Positions 1 to 20,780 are shown, counted from the first letter of the stretch. The stretch is 64,000 nucleotides of DNA from the human T2T-CHM13v2.0 reference genome, Homo sapiens (GCF_009914755.1 NC_060931.1), one strand, 5' to 3'. A program made the numbers and translations. The notes: generated from the letters alone by a model not told the origin.

Positions 1-881
1 AAAAAAAAAAAAAAAAGCCCACAGCAGTAGCAAAATGTTTGAACTCTGGCAATTCTGAACATGAGGCTTAGTCTGATTCTCAGAGAATGCTCAATTTATT
101 ACAATTTTATTGTTCTTACTTAAAATTGTTCAATATTTTATAATATTTTAGACATGTATAAAGTGAAGCAAAAAAAAAAAAAAAAGCTGGCTTAAATTAA
201 CTAAATTACTACCATTCTACAGTCTCCAAATATTTAAAGGTGTCCACCTTCAATCAGATAGATCTGTCACTGAGTGCCTCAATGGGGGTGACAGGTAAAT
301 AACATCACCCATTAAGGTAAAAGGAGATGAAGGTGAGGAGAAAGTACCTCTTTGTACAACCCCACTGAGGTTTCTATTCTTTCTTCTGCTGTTTAGGGGG
401 CTAAAGAGACTGGAGGTGGGAAGACTGCAAAGGGTCATTTAATTGTAAGGTACCCAGAGTTGGAGTGAACAAAAAAGCAAAGTAGGATCTAGGGACAATT
501 TCTGAAAATGATAGGATTAAAACACATACTATGTAACATTCATTCTTGCAATCTGGCATTCAAAATTAGACTTAAGATATGTTTATTATTTTCCTGCTAA
601 CAGCTTAAAGAACAGTGGGACCTTAAAGCTGGTTTAATCTGACACCAAAAGACAAAAATCTAAAGTAATGGTCATTATAATTATGCAAAGAGTATATTTA
701 AACGTCTTCTAACACACTATAGAAGTTCCCCCCAAAAGTCACTGATTAATTAACCAAAGCCAAAAAAGGAAAAATTCAATTAGACAGCCATTTCTGGCAT
801 TAATTACCTCCCCTGAAATGTAAGATTTTTCCCCCTTAGATTTCAAAACTCTCTAAGGAGAAAAACCAAGTAGTAACATAC

Positions 882-956
882 CTATAGATGGAGATTTGAA
901 AGGGTATTTATCAGGTAGGTCCACTCTAACTTTCCATACTCCGCCTTCATATGGTG
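882..956 (-). CDS. UBE2H: UBE2H internal coding exon (exon 3, 75 nt; about residues T44-G69)
   Basis: Minus strand reads tttttacttttatttcag|CA CCA TAT GAA GGC GGA GTA TGG...TCT ATA G|gtatgt = (T)[24 protein letters not shown](G), the E2 UBC-fold TPYEGG...YPFxxP segment; phase-compatible with the upstream exon. Not in the ORF track. Confidence 0.97.
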   Translation of the reverse strand, partial: HHMKAEYGKLEWTYLINTLSNLHL

Positions 957-1402
957 CTGAAATAAAAGTAAAAATGTTCATCAGAACTACATCTCCAAAT
1001 TAGAAAATAAATCTGAGTGTAAATTAAACATTATCCCCTAATCTTCTGAAAACCTTCCAAATTAATTCCTTCAAGAGTCAGGGACCTACTACAATCAATA
1101 GGTGTACCACGTTCAGATTAAGATACTTTTCTTGGAAAGATCCAGAGTTAAAAAATAAGCAGATTCATTCTGCAATTTACTTGATTCTTCAAAAGTACTA
1201 AACACTATTCAATTATTTGGTAAGTAATAGCCATGTTACTTTCCCTCCTATCTCAATAAACCCCATATTCATCCCCCCTCCAAGGCCAAAAAGAAAACAA
1301 CAAAAAACATTTCCTGGAAACCATTCACGTGGCCATCCATAACAAAACCCAGAATTTACAATTCATGTCTAGTACTGTCACATAGAGATAAAGAGAAAAC
1401 TA

Positions 1403-2044
1403 CAGTCAGCCCTCTATATCTGCAGGTTCCACACCCCTGGATTCAACCAACCACAGATCAAAAATATTAGAGAAAAAAATCCAAACAATAATAAATAACA
1501 ATACAATTAAAAATAACACAAAAAAAATACCAAAAAGGACAAGTGCGGTGGGGCTCATGCCTGTAATCCCAGCACTTTGGGAGGCTGAGGCGGGTGGATC
1601 ACCTGAGGTCAGGAGTGCGAGACCAGCCCGGCCAACATGGTGAAACCCTGTCTCTACTAAAATACAGAAATGAGCTGGGCGTGGTGGCAGGCACCTATAG
1701 TCCCAGCTACTTCGAAGGCTGAGGCAGAAGAATTGCTTGAACCCAGGAAGTGGAGGTTACGGTAAGCCACAATCGTGCCACTGCACTCCAGCCTGGGTGA
1801 CAGAGTGAGACTCCATCACTTAATAAATAAATAAATAAATAAAATACAGTATAACAACTATTTACATAACATTTGCGTTGTGTTAGCTATTACAAGTAAT
1901 CTAGATGTGATTTAAAGGACATGGGAGGATGTGTGTAGGTTACATGCAAATTCTATGTCATCTTATAAAGGGACTTGAGCATCTGTGGATTTTGGTATGA
2001 GGTGGTCCTGGAACCAATCCCCTACAGATATCAAGGGACGACTG
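1403..2044 (-). mobile_element. MER2 (TcMar-Tigger MITE) interrupted by an Alu
   Basis: Terminal inverted repeats cagtcagccctc...agggacgactg with TA on both sides (1401-1402, 2045-2046); body matches recalled MER2 (GGGGATTGGTTCCAGGACC...GATGCTCAAGTCCCT). Confidence 0.85.
1537..1844 (+). mobile_element. AluS nested in MER2
   Basis: Full dimeric Alu with (TAAA)n tail. Confidence 0.93.
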
Positions 2045-2208
2045 TATATAAAGTGATTGTGATAAGAGAAAGATTTCCTCACTGGTTCTGCAGTCCAACT
2101 AAACTTGCTTTTCAGAAACTACGCATGCTACCATCTGTCTTTGATATTCTATTAAGAAACAGAGTAAAAGACTGTAATAGAAGAACACATACCAACACAT
2201 GTACTTAC

Positions 2209-2285
2209 TTCCTTGTGGTCCATAAAACTTCACTACAAATTCATTAAGTCCTCCCAGGATCGTAACCTCATGTTTACTCTCGATG
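2209..2285 (-). CDS. UBE2H: UBE2H internal coding exon (exon 2, 77 nt; about residues L18-T44)
   Basis: Minus strand reads ...ccttag|C ATC GAG AGT AAA CAT GAG...CCA CAA GGA A|gtaagt = (L)[25 protein letters not shown](T), matching the recalled UBE2H/UbcH2 N-terminus; AG/GT boundaries; frame continues into exon 882-956. Confidence 0.97.
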
Positions 2286-2307
2286 CTAAGGTGGACGGTA
2301 AAGGAAA
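2286..2307 (-). other. 3' splice site of intron 1 with U12-like branch sequence TTTCCTTTAC (branch A at -14)
   Basis: Minus strand: gtaaTTTCCTTTACcgtccaccttag|C; one mismatch to TTCCTTRAY, at minor-intron distance from the AG. Confidence 0.55.
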
Positions 2308-2449
2308 TTACACAGGCTTTACAGTATCTGGCAGAATTACCAATAACACCCCAGGCATATGCCACTTAAAGTGTTACCAAAATTTGGCATGACATTGATA
2401 AAATATACATAATAATTCTGGTAGTTTAGGAGGAGGCAATATATACTCT

Positions 2450-2665
2450 TGTAAGAAGATATGCATGAGCTTTGGATTCAGAGACGGCCGTTCAAATCCC
2501 AGGAATGCCATTTACTGAGTTTTTGAGCCTAGCCAAAATAATGTCAGTTTACTCCCTGAGTCTTTGTTTTCTCTTTGCAAATTGGGAAAACAGCATTTCA
2601 TAGGATTTCTGTGAGGATTAGACAGGTTAAACATGTAAAATGTGTAAGACTGCATTTTGCCTATA
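2450..2665 (+). mobile_element. MIR fragment
   Basis: ttcaaatcccagg...catttactgag...ctgagtctttgttttctc...gtgaggatta MIR core. Confidence 0.65.
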
Positions 2666-2678
2666 TACATAAAAAACT

Positions 2679-2978
2679 GGCCAGACGCAGCGGCTCACGC
2701 CTGTAATCCCAACAGTTTGGGAGGCCTAGGCGGGTGGATCACCTGAGGTCAGGAGTTCGAGACCAGCGTGGCCTATATGGTGAAACCCCATCTCTACTAA
2801 AAAATACAAAAATTACCCAGGCATGGTGATGCATGCCTGTAGTCCCAGCTACTCAGGAGGCTGAGGCAAAAGAATTGCTTGAAGTTGGGAGGTGGAGGTT
2901 GCAGTGAGCCGAGATCACATCACTGCACTCCAGCCTGGGTGATAGGGTGAGACTCAGTCTCAAAAATAAAATAAAAAA
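2679..2978 (+). mobile_element. AluS
   Basis: Dimeric Alu; flanks tatacataaaaa / tatacatgaaaa (TSD-like). Confidence 0.93.
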
Positions 2979-4199
2979 TATACATGAAAAATAGGCGCTT
3001 AATTTTAGCTTTTCTCTCCCTTTCTACCCTCTCCTCCTCAATCTATCCCTAATGAGCCTGTCATATAAACCCAGTATTCCCTTTAGTCAAATTCAAATGT
3101 TCAGCAAAATACAAATTCCCCTAAACTGGAAATGCTATGCTCCTAAAACGAGGGATTTACTAAGGAGAGTTCCCACAATTGTCTCCTTGGCTTATGGAAT
3201 AATCAACACAGTTAATGATACAACCTTGCCACAAGCAGTACTGCCAAATGCAAAAGACCAACAAAACAAAAAAAAATTTTTTCAGATCTTATCCATAGCA
3301 TCTGTTTTCACTGCCCCCCAAACTCCACCTTCTTCAGACTTGCCTCAAGGTTTGGTATGCTCCAGGGCTCTAATCACAGAGGGGTAACATGGCTGTGCTC
3401 CCTTCCTCTAAAACTTACCTACCCCTGAGATTCTTGCCCCTTTAAGGTGCTAAGATTCAATTCTAGAAACCAAATTAATTCATATTAGAAGAGAGGACTA
3501 CTCGTTTAAAATCTGTTCTATGTATCTGCTTTGCGGTAAAATCCAAAAATGATTCTCAGTAGGAATTTTAGGTGACAGAGGCTTTGGGAAGCTCTCAAAT
3601 CCCACTGTAACATTAAAAAGGAAAACACAATAGATTGGTCTCATATTTCTCCATCAGCAGTGCAAATTATATACTGTTAATACAAAACAGAAACATTTAA
3701 AAAGTTTTAATAATCTCATAGAGAATAAATATTTTTAAAGATTTGAAATTAAATATTTGGCACTCCAAGCCCGTGTCCAATGAGACACAGAACTGACTGC
3801 AAGAGGCCAGGTGTAATTTTGGTAAAGTCCTTGCTCAAGAGCCCTGAGTATCCACAAGAGATATTTAAATAAGATAGTTCAGTCTAGGCTAATTTGATCT
3901 AATTCTTTTCTAAACGATAACTTACTACCTTAGAAACATGCACACTAAAATGATTCAATACTGTCCACATAGGAAAACTGGCTTTATTTCTTGCTTGGTC
4001 AAATGACACATGCATGCCTACTCTGACCAGTCACCCTCTGACATCCTGCAAAATATTCCAAAGTTAACGTTAATGTAATAAGTAAAAGCATAACATGCTT
4101 AAAATGTTTTAAAACTTTTTTAAAAAAAGCATCCTTGTGTCACGTAAAAAAAGGCAAATCCAGTTAAAATAAAATTAAATATCAACAATACAGCCCTTA

Positions 4200-4870
4200 A
4201 AGAAAACAGACATGGAAAACACTTCCATAGTGTAAAAGACAAACGATAAACTAGGAAGACAAAAATGTGGATTTTAAAAATAAGTTATTACAAAGCAGCA
4301 AGAAAAAAATACAAATACCCCAACAAAGAAAAAGCCAGAACATCCAAGTCAAGAAAACGGAAATGGGTAAAACTGAAGTATAAAAAAGTCCAATTCATTA
4401 AATAAGTTTAAAAAGATATTTCTTCACTATAAACAATGAAAACAACGAAAGAGCTGGATAAAATCTAGTGTTCAGTGGAGTACGAATTAGTACTTCTGAG
4501 GACAAATCCAGCACTATATTCCAAAACTTAAAATGAATTTACTCTTTTATTCAAATTTCACTTATATGAAGTTATTTTTTTAAAAATAGACACTGCTGGT
4601 GAGAGTGTGATATGGTTTCACCCACTTTGAAAAACTGTTGGCAGTACTAAACCTGCACATATGCATACCCTATGCCTGTCAGCGCTACTCCCGGAGATAC
4701 GCCCAATACATATGGATAGTTACATTCACCGAAACCGATGTTTAAGAATGTTCACAGGACTATTTGTAACATCCAAAAATTAGAGACAATCCAAACGTTC
4801 ATCAATGGCAAAAAGAATAAGCTGTAGTATAGTCACCCAAAAGAAAATTACAAAGCATTAAAAAAGAAAA
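4200..4870 (+). mobile_element. Old L1M (L1ME-like) ORF2-end/3'UTR fragments
   Basis: A-rich degenerate L1 motifs (cactgctggtgagagtgt...ccactttgaaaaactgttggcag...cataccctatg...aagaatgttcac). Confidence 0.6.
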
Positions 4871-4873
4871 ATA

Positions 4874-6390
<1,517 letters not shown>

Positions 6391-8512
6391 GCAAAAAACA
6401 CAAACCACATGCAGTAGGCTACTAATAGTGTGTACTGGTGTCCTCTTTCCAACCAGAGCTCCACTAATATATGTGTCTGTTCAACTTGGGTATCCAGAAG
6501 AAGTCAACTGAATTTAGTTGTACAAAGATATTCCAGCCCTTAAAACTGACAAGGATAATGAAAGAACGGAGTAGTGCAGAAGATTAAACGAGTTTAACAA
6601 AAGAAGTCTTAAATTAATTTTATAACATAAAAATCCACAGATGCAGCATTCTCCATCAATCAGAACTAATTTGCTATGAATGACACTGATCTACTGCAAT
6701 TACTTTTAATCATTTAAAATTACGAGTTGTCCTTGTGGATGTTGCTTCTGGGAAAACTGAAGATACCTTTTCTATCCTTTACCTGGATGCGATAAAACGA
6801 GGTTCCTTCCATTTTGCGGTTTGTTTGGAATTCAGTCCATACTTACGTGTATTTTATAAAGAAGATCCTCCAAGCCTTCTCTTTCCCATGATCCCCAGTA
6901 ATAGCCCACATGCCAGATACAATGGGATTGTCTTTAATTATATATCACATCATAAATTAAAGAGTTCTCATAGTCTACCTCATATGAAAACCCAAAAGCA
7001 AACTGAACTAAACCTTTAAAACTTTTACCAAACCAGTAAAATGAGAAGCTATGCTAACTTTATGCTGCCTTGGAATGGACAGGCACTAAATGAGATAGAA
7101 AAAAGAATTTAGGTTTAGTCCAAAGAAAAACACTGCATTAAAAATAAGCCATTCCATCACCACTGAATGAATGACTTGCCACAAAATATATAATAATTAC
7201 TTCACTGCTGTTACCACGTGTATTTATGGGAGAGACCACGAGTTTCTTTCTCCTCTCTGCTGCAAAGTCAAGGGCAAGGAAGGCACTAAGAAGGCAGGTT
7301 AAAATGACAAAAATAATGATCGATTTCTGGATGTGCTGGTCAGGCTGGGAGACTGGTGGCACTCACTAGAAGATTCCTCATTACTTTCTCTGTTTCACAG
7401 CTTAAAAATATAAAATATCCTTCAGACATTGTTCTGGTAAAAACTCATTAAATAAACCCATAAATCACATTTTATACTCATCTTTTTTGATCTTATTCAC
7501 AAATACTGCTTTATACCCACTTAGCATTTCACTATTAAGGGGTATCACCATTTTGTGTAGAATAATGATTAACATTCCCAAGAACCCAAGTCCATTTCAC
7601 TTTTTAAAGTGCCAGCCACCTACCACATTATTTTCCTGGAATGCCATTATGATTACACAATCTAATATTTAAAGGCAAATGCCAAACTGTCAAGAGATAA
7701 ATGACATTCTTGGCAAAATGTGTCTGTCAGAGTTTTACAAGTGATTTTTATACAGTTCTGAAATTTTCCAGAAAGGAAGCCAAAGGCGATGTCTGGGCCT
7801 TAAGGACTGACAATAACAGGTCAAGGACCAAGGATTCAGGGACCACTGAGTCCTAAATTTACTGATAACAAGTTCATAAAATAAAAGAGTGCCCTCCCTG
7901 AGCTGTGTGGAAGGGAATGAGGTCCTGGCATAAAGAACGCGCTTCTGTGCAGAGGGCAGAAGCAAGTCGTGTGGATTTCTGTGTTCAGACCCACCTGCTT
8001 CCTACTCTCCTGGAGATGAGTCACACTAGGAAAGCTGAAGAAACTTGGCAATTTTCACTACCTGGTTTTTTGTTTTTTGGTTTTTTTTGGTAAAAAAAAA
8101 AAAAAAAAAAAAAAGATATGTCTGTTAATCCATTAATATGTAAGTATCACAAAAATAGTGCTTTGGGGGGGATATGTTTACAAGGAATCCTTCTCTTTTA
8201 GAGACATAAATGGAAATATTTACTAATAAAAATGTTTCTAGGATTTGCTAGTAAATAACCCAGTGTGGGTAGAAGAGGTGTAGAAGAAACAGTAGAGGGC
8301 CAGCAACGTTAATGATTGAATCCTATGTTAATGATCGAGTCCCAGCGGCACATGATTTGTTACACTGTTCTCACTATTTTTGTTTTACATTTAAGTTTTC
8401 CATAATACAGTAAAAGTTCTTTAAAACCTAATAACATAGTTATCATCAAAAGTTTAGCTTTGTAGAGGCATAAAGCTTAGCTACTAGAGCTAAGAACAAG
8501 AACTAGAACTAG

Positions 8513-8875
<363 letters not shown>

Positions 8876-8977
8876 TCTCTTGAACATTTATGAAACAATG
8901 TTAAGTTTTCCTGAGGTGCGACAGTTTGAAGAAGACAAAAAATAGCAAGTGATCCAGTATTTAAGAAAGCAAAGACT

Positions 8978-10174
<1,197 letters not shown>

Positions 10175-10199
10175 TGAGGTCTAGCAAGGGAACACGAGA

Positions 10200-11055
10200 T
10201 CTGTTCATTAAGAAGTACAGAAAGAGTTTGCATAAAGTAATACTATAGCTTAGAGTAGGAGAGATTTCTTCCAGCCCGGAGGGAGGGATAGGGATGGTCT
10301 GCTATGGAAGGTAAGGACTTACAAAATGTCCTAAACAGAGTGTGATTTGGACATGTCGAGGTGGGAGAAGGAATTTAATGCAAAGATTTAGTATAGAACT
10401 GATTCAGGAAACTGAGAACAATACATTTTTATTTTGATGAGTGGACCCTAGGGAATACTAGAAAGTAGGCCAAGACCAGATTACGGAGGGCTCCGAAGTG
10501 TGGATTTTATCTGGCAAACAGGGAAACAGTATTCCATGCACAGTGCATCTACCTGTGCTTTACAAAGATAACCCAACTGTGGTGTGTAGGACTGGCTGAA
10601 GGTGGGAATAAGCAGAGTTAAAGCAAAAGAGTAGGAAAGAAATATTCAAGACCTCAACTAAGATAACAGCCACATGAATCATGGGACATTAAACAGAGCC
10701 CTCACAGGCCTTCACAGCTGAACAGACCTGGCAGAGCCAGTAGAAAGCTCCAACGTTGCTACAATGTCTAATTTTCATGACAAAACAAAAAAGCAGATCT
10801 CCAAATCAATCTTCTAATTTCTAATTCAAGCTCTAAATTTCTAAGTGTAAACAAAGTATATGTGCTCCAATGTCTCCCTCTCAGTGAGGCCTTCTGGGAT
10901 ATCCTATTTACAACCACTTACTCCTAACATTCCCACCATGCAATATACTATGTATTTTACTTTTATCTCCTACTGCAGTGCAAGCTCCGTAAGAGCAGGA
11001 ATTGTTTATTTTGTTCACAGAAGAGTACCCAGCAAACAGTAGACTACAAATGAAC
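10200..11055. mobile_element. L2 fragments
   Basis: Degenerate L2 motifs (gtgtggattttatctggca...; tctcagtgaggccttct...gcaagctccgtaagagcagg...ttttgttcac). Confidence 0.55.
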
Positions 11056-11059
11056 ATGA

Positions 11060-11517
11060 GGCCGGGTGTAGTGGTTCATACCTATTTAATCCCAACACTT
11101 TGGGAAGCAAGGGCAGAAAGATTGCTTGAGGCCAGGAGTCCGAGACCAGCCTGGGCAACATAACAAAACCCAGTCTCCACAAAAACAAAATTTTTAAACA
11201 TTAGCCAGGTATGGTGGTACGTGCTTATACTCCTAGCTAATCGGAAGGCTGACAGGGGAGGATCACATGAGCCCAGGAGTTAAGTTAGAGACCAGCATGG
11301 GCAACATAGTGAGACCCCCATCACTACAAAAAACACCAAAAAATTAGCTGGGCAGGGTGGTACGAGCCTGTAGTCCCAGCTACTTTGACGGCTGAGGCAA
11401 GAGGATTGCTGGAGCCCAGGAGTTTGAGTCTGTAGTAAGCTATGATGACACTACTGAACTCCAGCCTGGGTGACAAACATAGACTCTGTAGCTTAAAAAC
11501 AAATAAATTTAAAAATA
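11060..11517 (+). mobile_element. Three-arm AluJ-like element
   Basis: Left arm, hybrid arm, right arm between atgaaca flanks. Confidence 0.75.
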
Positions 11518-11587
11518 AGATGAACACATGAATGAAGCTGCCAGTCTGAGACCTTAATTTTAGCCTCTCAGACAGGTAAAGTGATAC

Positions 11588-11749
11588 CACATATATATAT
11601 ACACACGTATACATACACACGTATATATCACACGTATATATATATACACGTGTATATGTATACATACGTGTATATATGTATGTATATATACGTGTGTATA
11701 TATATGTATGTATATATACACATATATATACACACACTTATATATATAT

Positions 11750-11750
<1 letters not shown>
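11588..11750. repeat. Complex (TA/CA/TG)n alternating purine-pyrimidine microsatellite at an Alu tail
   Basis: Read directly; adjoins antisense Alu 11750-12032. Confidence 0.95.
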
Positions 11751-13927
<2,177 letters not shown>

Positions 13928-15147
13928 AACTACACCCTTTCTTGATGCTGGGTCATCATTATGAATAATAGTTGCTATACTGTACTACAAAATACAAGGA
14001 TACCCTTAGGAACAAATAAGGAATATACTTATTTTTTGCTGTAGAAAATTTCCCATACTGTTATGCTAAAGTCCTTGCATTGAGAGGTTCTTTTCCTAGT
14101 TTCTCTTTGTTCTTAACCTTTAGCTATGTTTGGGAGATGACACTGGGCTACTATCCTTTAAAATGTATCTATAGTAGGCTAGAAAAATCAGATAACTGAA
14201 GTTCATGAGATTACTTTATGTTTAAAAAAAAAAAGGGTAAATATGTCCTAAGAAAGACACTCTCCAATCAATAAAATATGTAACTTTTAGCAGGTTTACA
14301 ACTAAATTAGTTGGCTAAAGCTGTCAAACAGCTTCTGAATAAGGGAAGTATCACTTATTTAAAAATAGCCATTTCAAAATAAATATGTATTGCCCAGAAG
14401 CAAAAAAATATCTGGCAACTTACTATGGTACCCTGAATATTTAAAGACCCATTATCTTAGGAGTAAAGAGTAACATACAGTTTTAAAATTTTACAGAGTC
14501 AACTGGTACGAGTAAGGTTAAATGGCAAGCATGTTCATTACCACCTAGCAGACTAAATCAGCCTAGCCTTAGGAGAGGAAATTTTTCTTCTCTAGTGTTA
14601 TGCTTCATTTAGAGTTTCTATGTCACAAGCCAAACATAGGCAAAAACCAAGTAAATGTTACTTAAATAGGAAAATCATTACTATAACTTGGCTTTTCCCT
14701 GAATGTATTATTCCTCCAGACTTCCAAATAATAGAGTAAAAAATTTTCAAAGAAAAATTAAGACTCATAGAAACATTTTAAGACAGGTTTATCAGAAAGA
14801 TAAGAAATCTAAGTACCACACCCCCATCCCCAACAAAATATTTTTAAAAGCAGATTTACAAAGTCAGATAGTCAAAGTCAGAAATGATCCAACTGCAGAA
14901 ACAGTTTCAGAGAGAGAAAAGTGAAGGGAAATAGGGAAAAATAATGATACCATCTTGAGAGCAAGGAAATATAGTCAAAACAAAAAATAAGATTTTGAGA
15001 GAAATTCCAACTTCAGTTACGCACTTTAAAATATTTAGAAGCTAGAAGGCTATCGATGAAATATCAATAGCTCCTTAATAAACAAACTTGACTGCTTTGC
15101 TGTTTTATGGCAATAGTGCATATTTGCTTACTTGCAACTGAAAATTA

Positions 15148-18082
<2,935 letters not shown>

Positions 18083-20229
18083 TTTTCTGTTTTTCCATTT
18101 TAAATACAGTTTTTACTCTAACTTGACATATAGACTGCAATGCCACTCAGTGAAGATAGCATTTAGCTAAGTCAGTGCATAAAAATCTCTACTCACAGAC
18201 CTTTTAATCAGGCATTTATGAATCATTCACAGTAAGCAGTTAAATTTTACGAGGAAATATTTTCTTTGGCATTCTTCATAGTGACAAATAGTTACCTCTG
18301 TAGAGTGGTGGGTGATAATTAATAAATACCAAGCTGCGGTACCCATTCAGCAGATAAAGATGATCAAAGTGTGAATAATGGATCATAAAAAATGTGCAGG
18401 AAGAGATGCCAGATATGCCATCATCCCCTTCCTCTTACATTACATTCAGCGCACCCCAAAGTCATGGAGCCACTTACTCGAAGACCCAGGTCCACAAACC
18501 AGACCATGCCTCATCTTCCTTTCCTTCCCTACACTGGATAATTACCAGTTTATGTCTCTAGAGATTGATTCCCCATCTTAATGACTTCTATAATATAATC
18601 TCAAGAAAATTCTTGAAACTCAAATACCTATAAATCCAGAGGAAAAAGGAAAAGGTAACACATATGCACATATAAATAATGAATTTGCTCTTATAAAGAG
18701 GTTAGAACCCACTAGTCTAAAGCTCTAATCATAGTCTGCTCGTTCTCCAGTTATCTTGCATAATATGAATGGCTGACCCCTGCTGCTCCCTTTACTACTT
18801 CAAGTTCATTAGGCATAGCAGGTGTCAAATATTAAGTGGCACTAATATCAATTTAACCTTGATTTCATAAAACTTAAAAAGGGGAAGAGAATACTAGACT
18901 TCGGCCTTTTTAAAGCAATACATGCAAAAAGAAATAAAGTAACAGGTTCAAAATTACTGTCAAGGTTTTATTCTGAAAAAAGCAAAACTACAGATGGATA
19001 CACTAGACAGAATGCTAAATGCAATCTACATGCAGAGAACTCTGCGTTCCAAAACAAATGAATATGGCTTTATTCAACTGGGCCCAGTTTCCATTGTCCC
19101 TTTGGAAGATTTATGAGAGGCAGTACCCATTATCTGTTGGAAGTTTGATAAAAACTTGTATAAACAGTGTTTAAAAAAATCAAAAAGTAATCTAAAGAGA
19201 TACAGAAAAATAGTGTCTTCTTGATTGAAATTCTGCTTAAAAACTATACAGAAGTGTAGTTAACAGGAAAATACCTTATTTGATAATACGTTCAAATAGC
19301 TATTATAAGCTGCCTGTATTTATTATCTTTATCAACATTTAGGATGAAAGAAGTGGGATAAAAAACTTTCAACAAAAACTGGAATGCTGCTTTTTAAAAA
19401 AACCCATAGTGAAAATAAGCAAAAGAAATGAATTATTTTATGGAAAAAAATTGCTGTTAAAGAAACACCCTACCATAAGAAAATCACACCAATATGAGTA
19501 AATAAGCAAGAAAACCCTGGAAAGTCAAGGGAGGTGAAAGTAGACTGTATCTAGGTGTGCAATGTGATACAACAAGAGTGGTAGAGCTATTTTCAGCATC
19601 ATACTACTAACAGGTGATAGATCTCAGAGAAAAAGCCACCCTGCCATATTAGCAAAACTGCTAGCTCAAGACCAACAGAAATGATTAACATACAGTTAAG
19701 AAATGATCTGTCAGGTACAATTAGGACATATGAAGTGATAAACAGTATAAAAGAAACCAACCTAATCACTTAAGTAGAAGTTTAGATTTAAATATGCATC
19801 AACAATAAGAATGAAGGCTGTATTGTTATGAAGTATGAGAAGGAAATTAAAAATCAAGTTTCTCACAAGGAGTAGTACTTCCTGAAGAACTGAATAATAT
19901 GAAAAAAATCAAGCTATTTAGCAAAACAACAGAAAACAAACCTAGACACAACAGTGGATGTATATATAGTAAGAAAACTTGACATTGAAAAGGTGAAAAA
20001 ACTATTGAGTTTCCTTCTCTCGTGTTTGCACCACGGAGACAAGTAGAACTGATAGGTTCAGGTGCCACCATGTGAGATGTGCTGGTGCAATCAGAGGGCA
20101 CAGTGCAGAGGAGAATCCCTCCTGAAAGACACAAGAGCACCCTCAATACAACCAAATAACCTCATCAGATCAAGTGTTGAGTTGCAGGCCTTTTTTTTTT
20201 TTTCTTGTCTTTTAAAAACATGACTGGGG

Positions 20230-20780
20230 CTTAAAATAGCCTTTCCACCCCGCAACTTCTAGTCCCACTGCCTAGATACTACCATTGCTTATGCACTTTC
20301 CATAGAGATGTTTATATACACACACATCCACGTCATCACATACACAAAGACATGTAGGTACAAACTGTTCTGTAAATACCTCTGCCCATGCATCTAGGGA
20401 GGATATGTTTGAGGACATATAGATCTAAGCTCCTTTTTTTAGTGCTTGTATAATGTCAATATACCATAATTTACCTATCCGTAATTTCATATCCATTAGT
20501 GAATAGGAAGGCTGTTGTCTGCTGTTTGTTTTGTTTTGTTTTGCTATTAGTTACAATAAACATCCCAGTACATGTCTGTTGGTATACTTTTTCAAGTATC
20601 TGTTTGCAATTTCTAGAAGTGGAACTTCTATTCAAAGGGCTGTATACCTAATTTTGACATATAATGCTTAAATATCCTTCAAAAAGGTTGCATCCAGTTA
20701 CTTTCTAACTACCATCACCTAAGCAGACCTGTTTCCCTCATGCTCTCACCAATACCAGTATTAAAGCTTTTATAGTAAAA
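20230..20780 (-). mobile_element. Old L1ME-like 3' fragment
   Basis: ataccataatttacctatcc...ttttgctatt...caataaacatcc...ttctagaagtggaa antisense L1M signature. Confidence 0.65.

Larger units (their letters stand above)
957..2208 (-). other. UBE2H: UBE2H intron 2 (1252 nt, GT-AG, U2-type)
   Basis: Donor GAA|GTAAGT; acceptor with CTGAT branch-like motif, T-rich tract and CAG. Confidence 0.93.

Noticed and set aside
2099-2365. 88-aa minus-strand ORF as a standalone gene
   Set aside because: Only 2209-2285 is coding (UBE2H exon); the rest is read-through of intron flanks.
3413-3425. Minus-strand TAG|GTAAGT as a recursive splice site
   Set aside because: No polypyrimidine tract upstream of the AG.
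13996-14003. Minus-strand GTATCCTT resembling an internal U12 donor
   Set aside because: About one such 8-mer is expected by chance per strand in 64 kb; no matching upstream acceptor seen.
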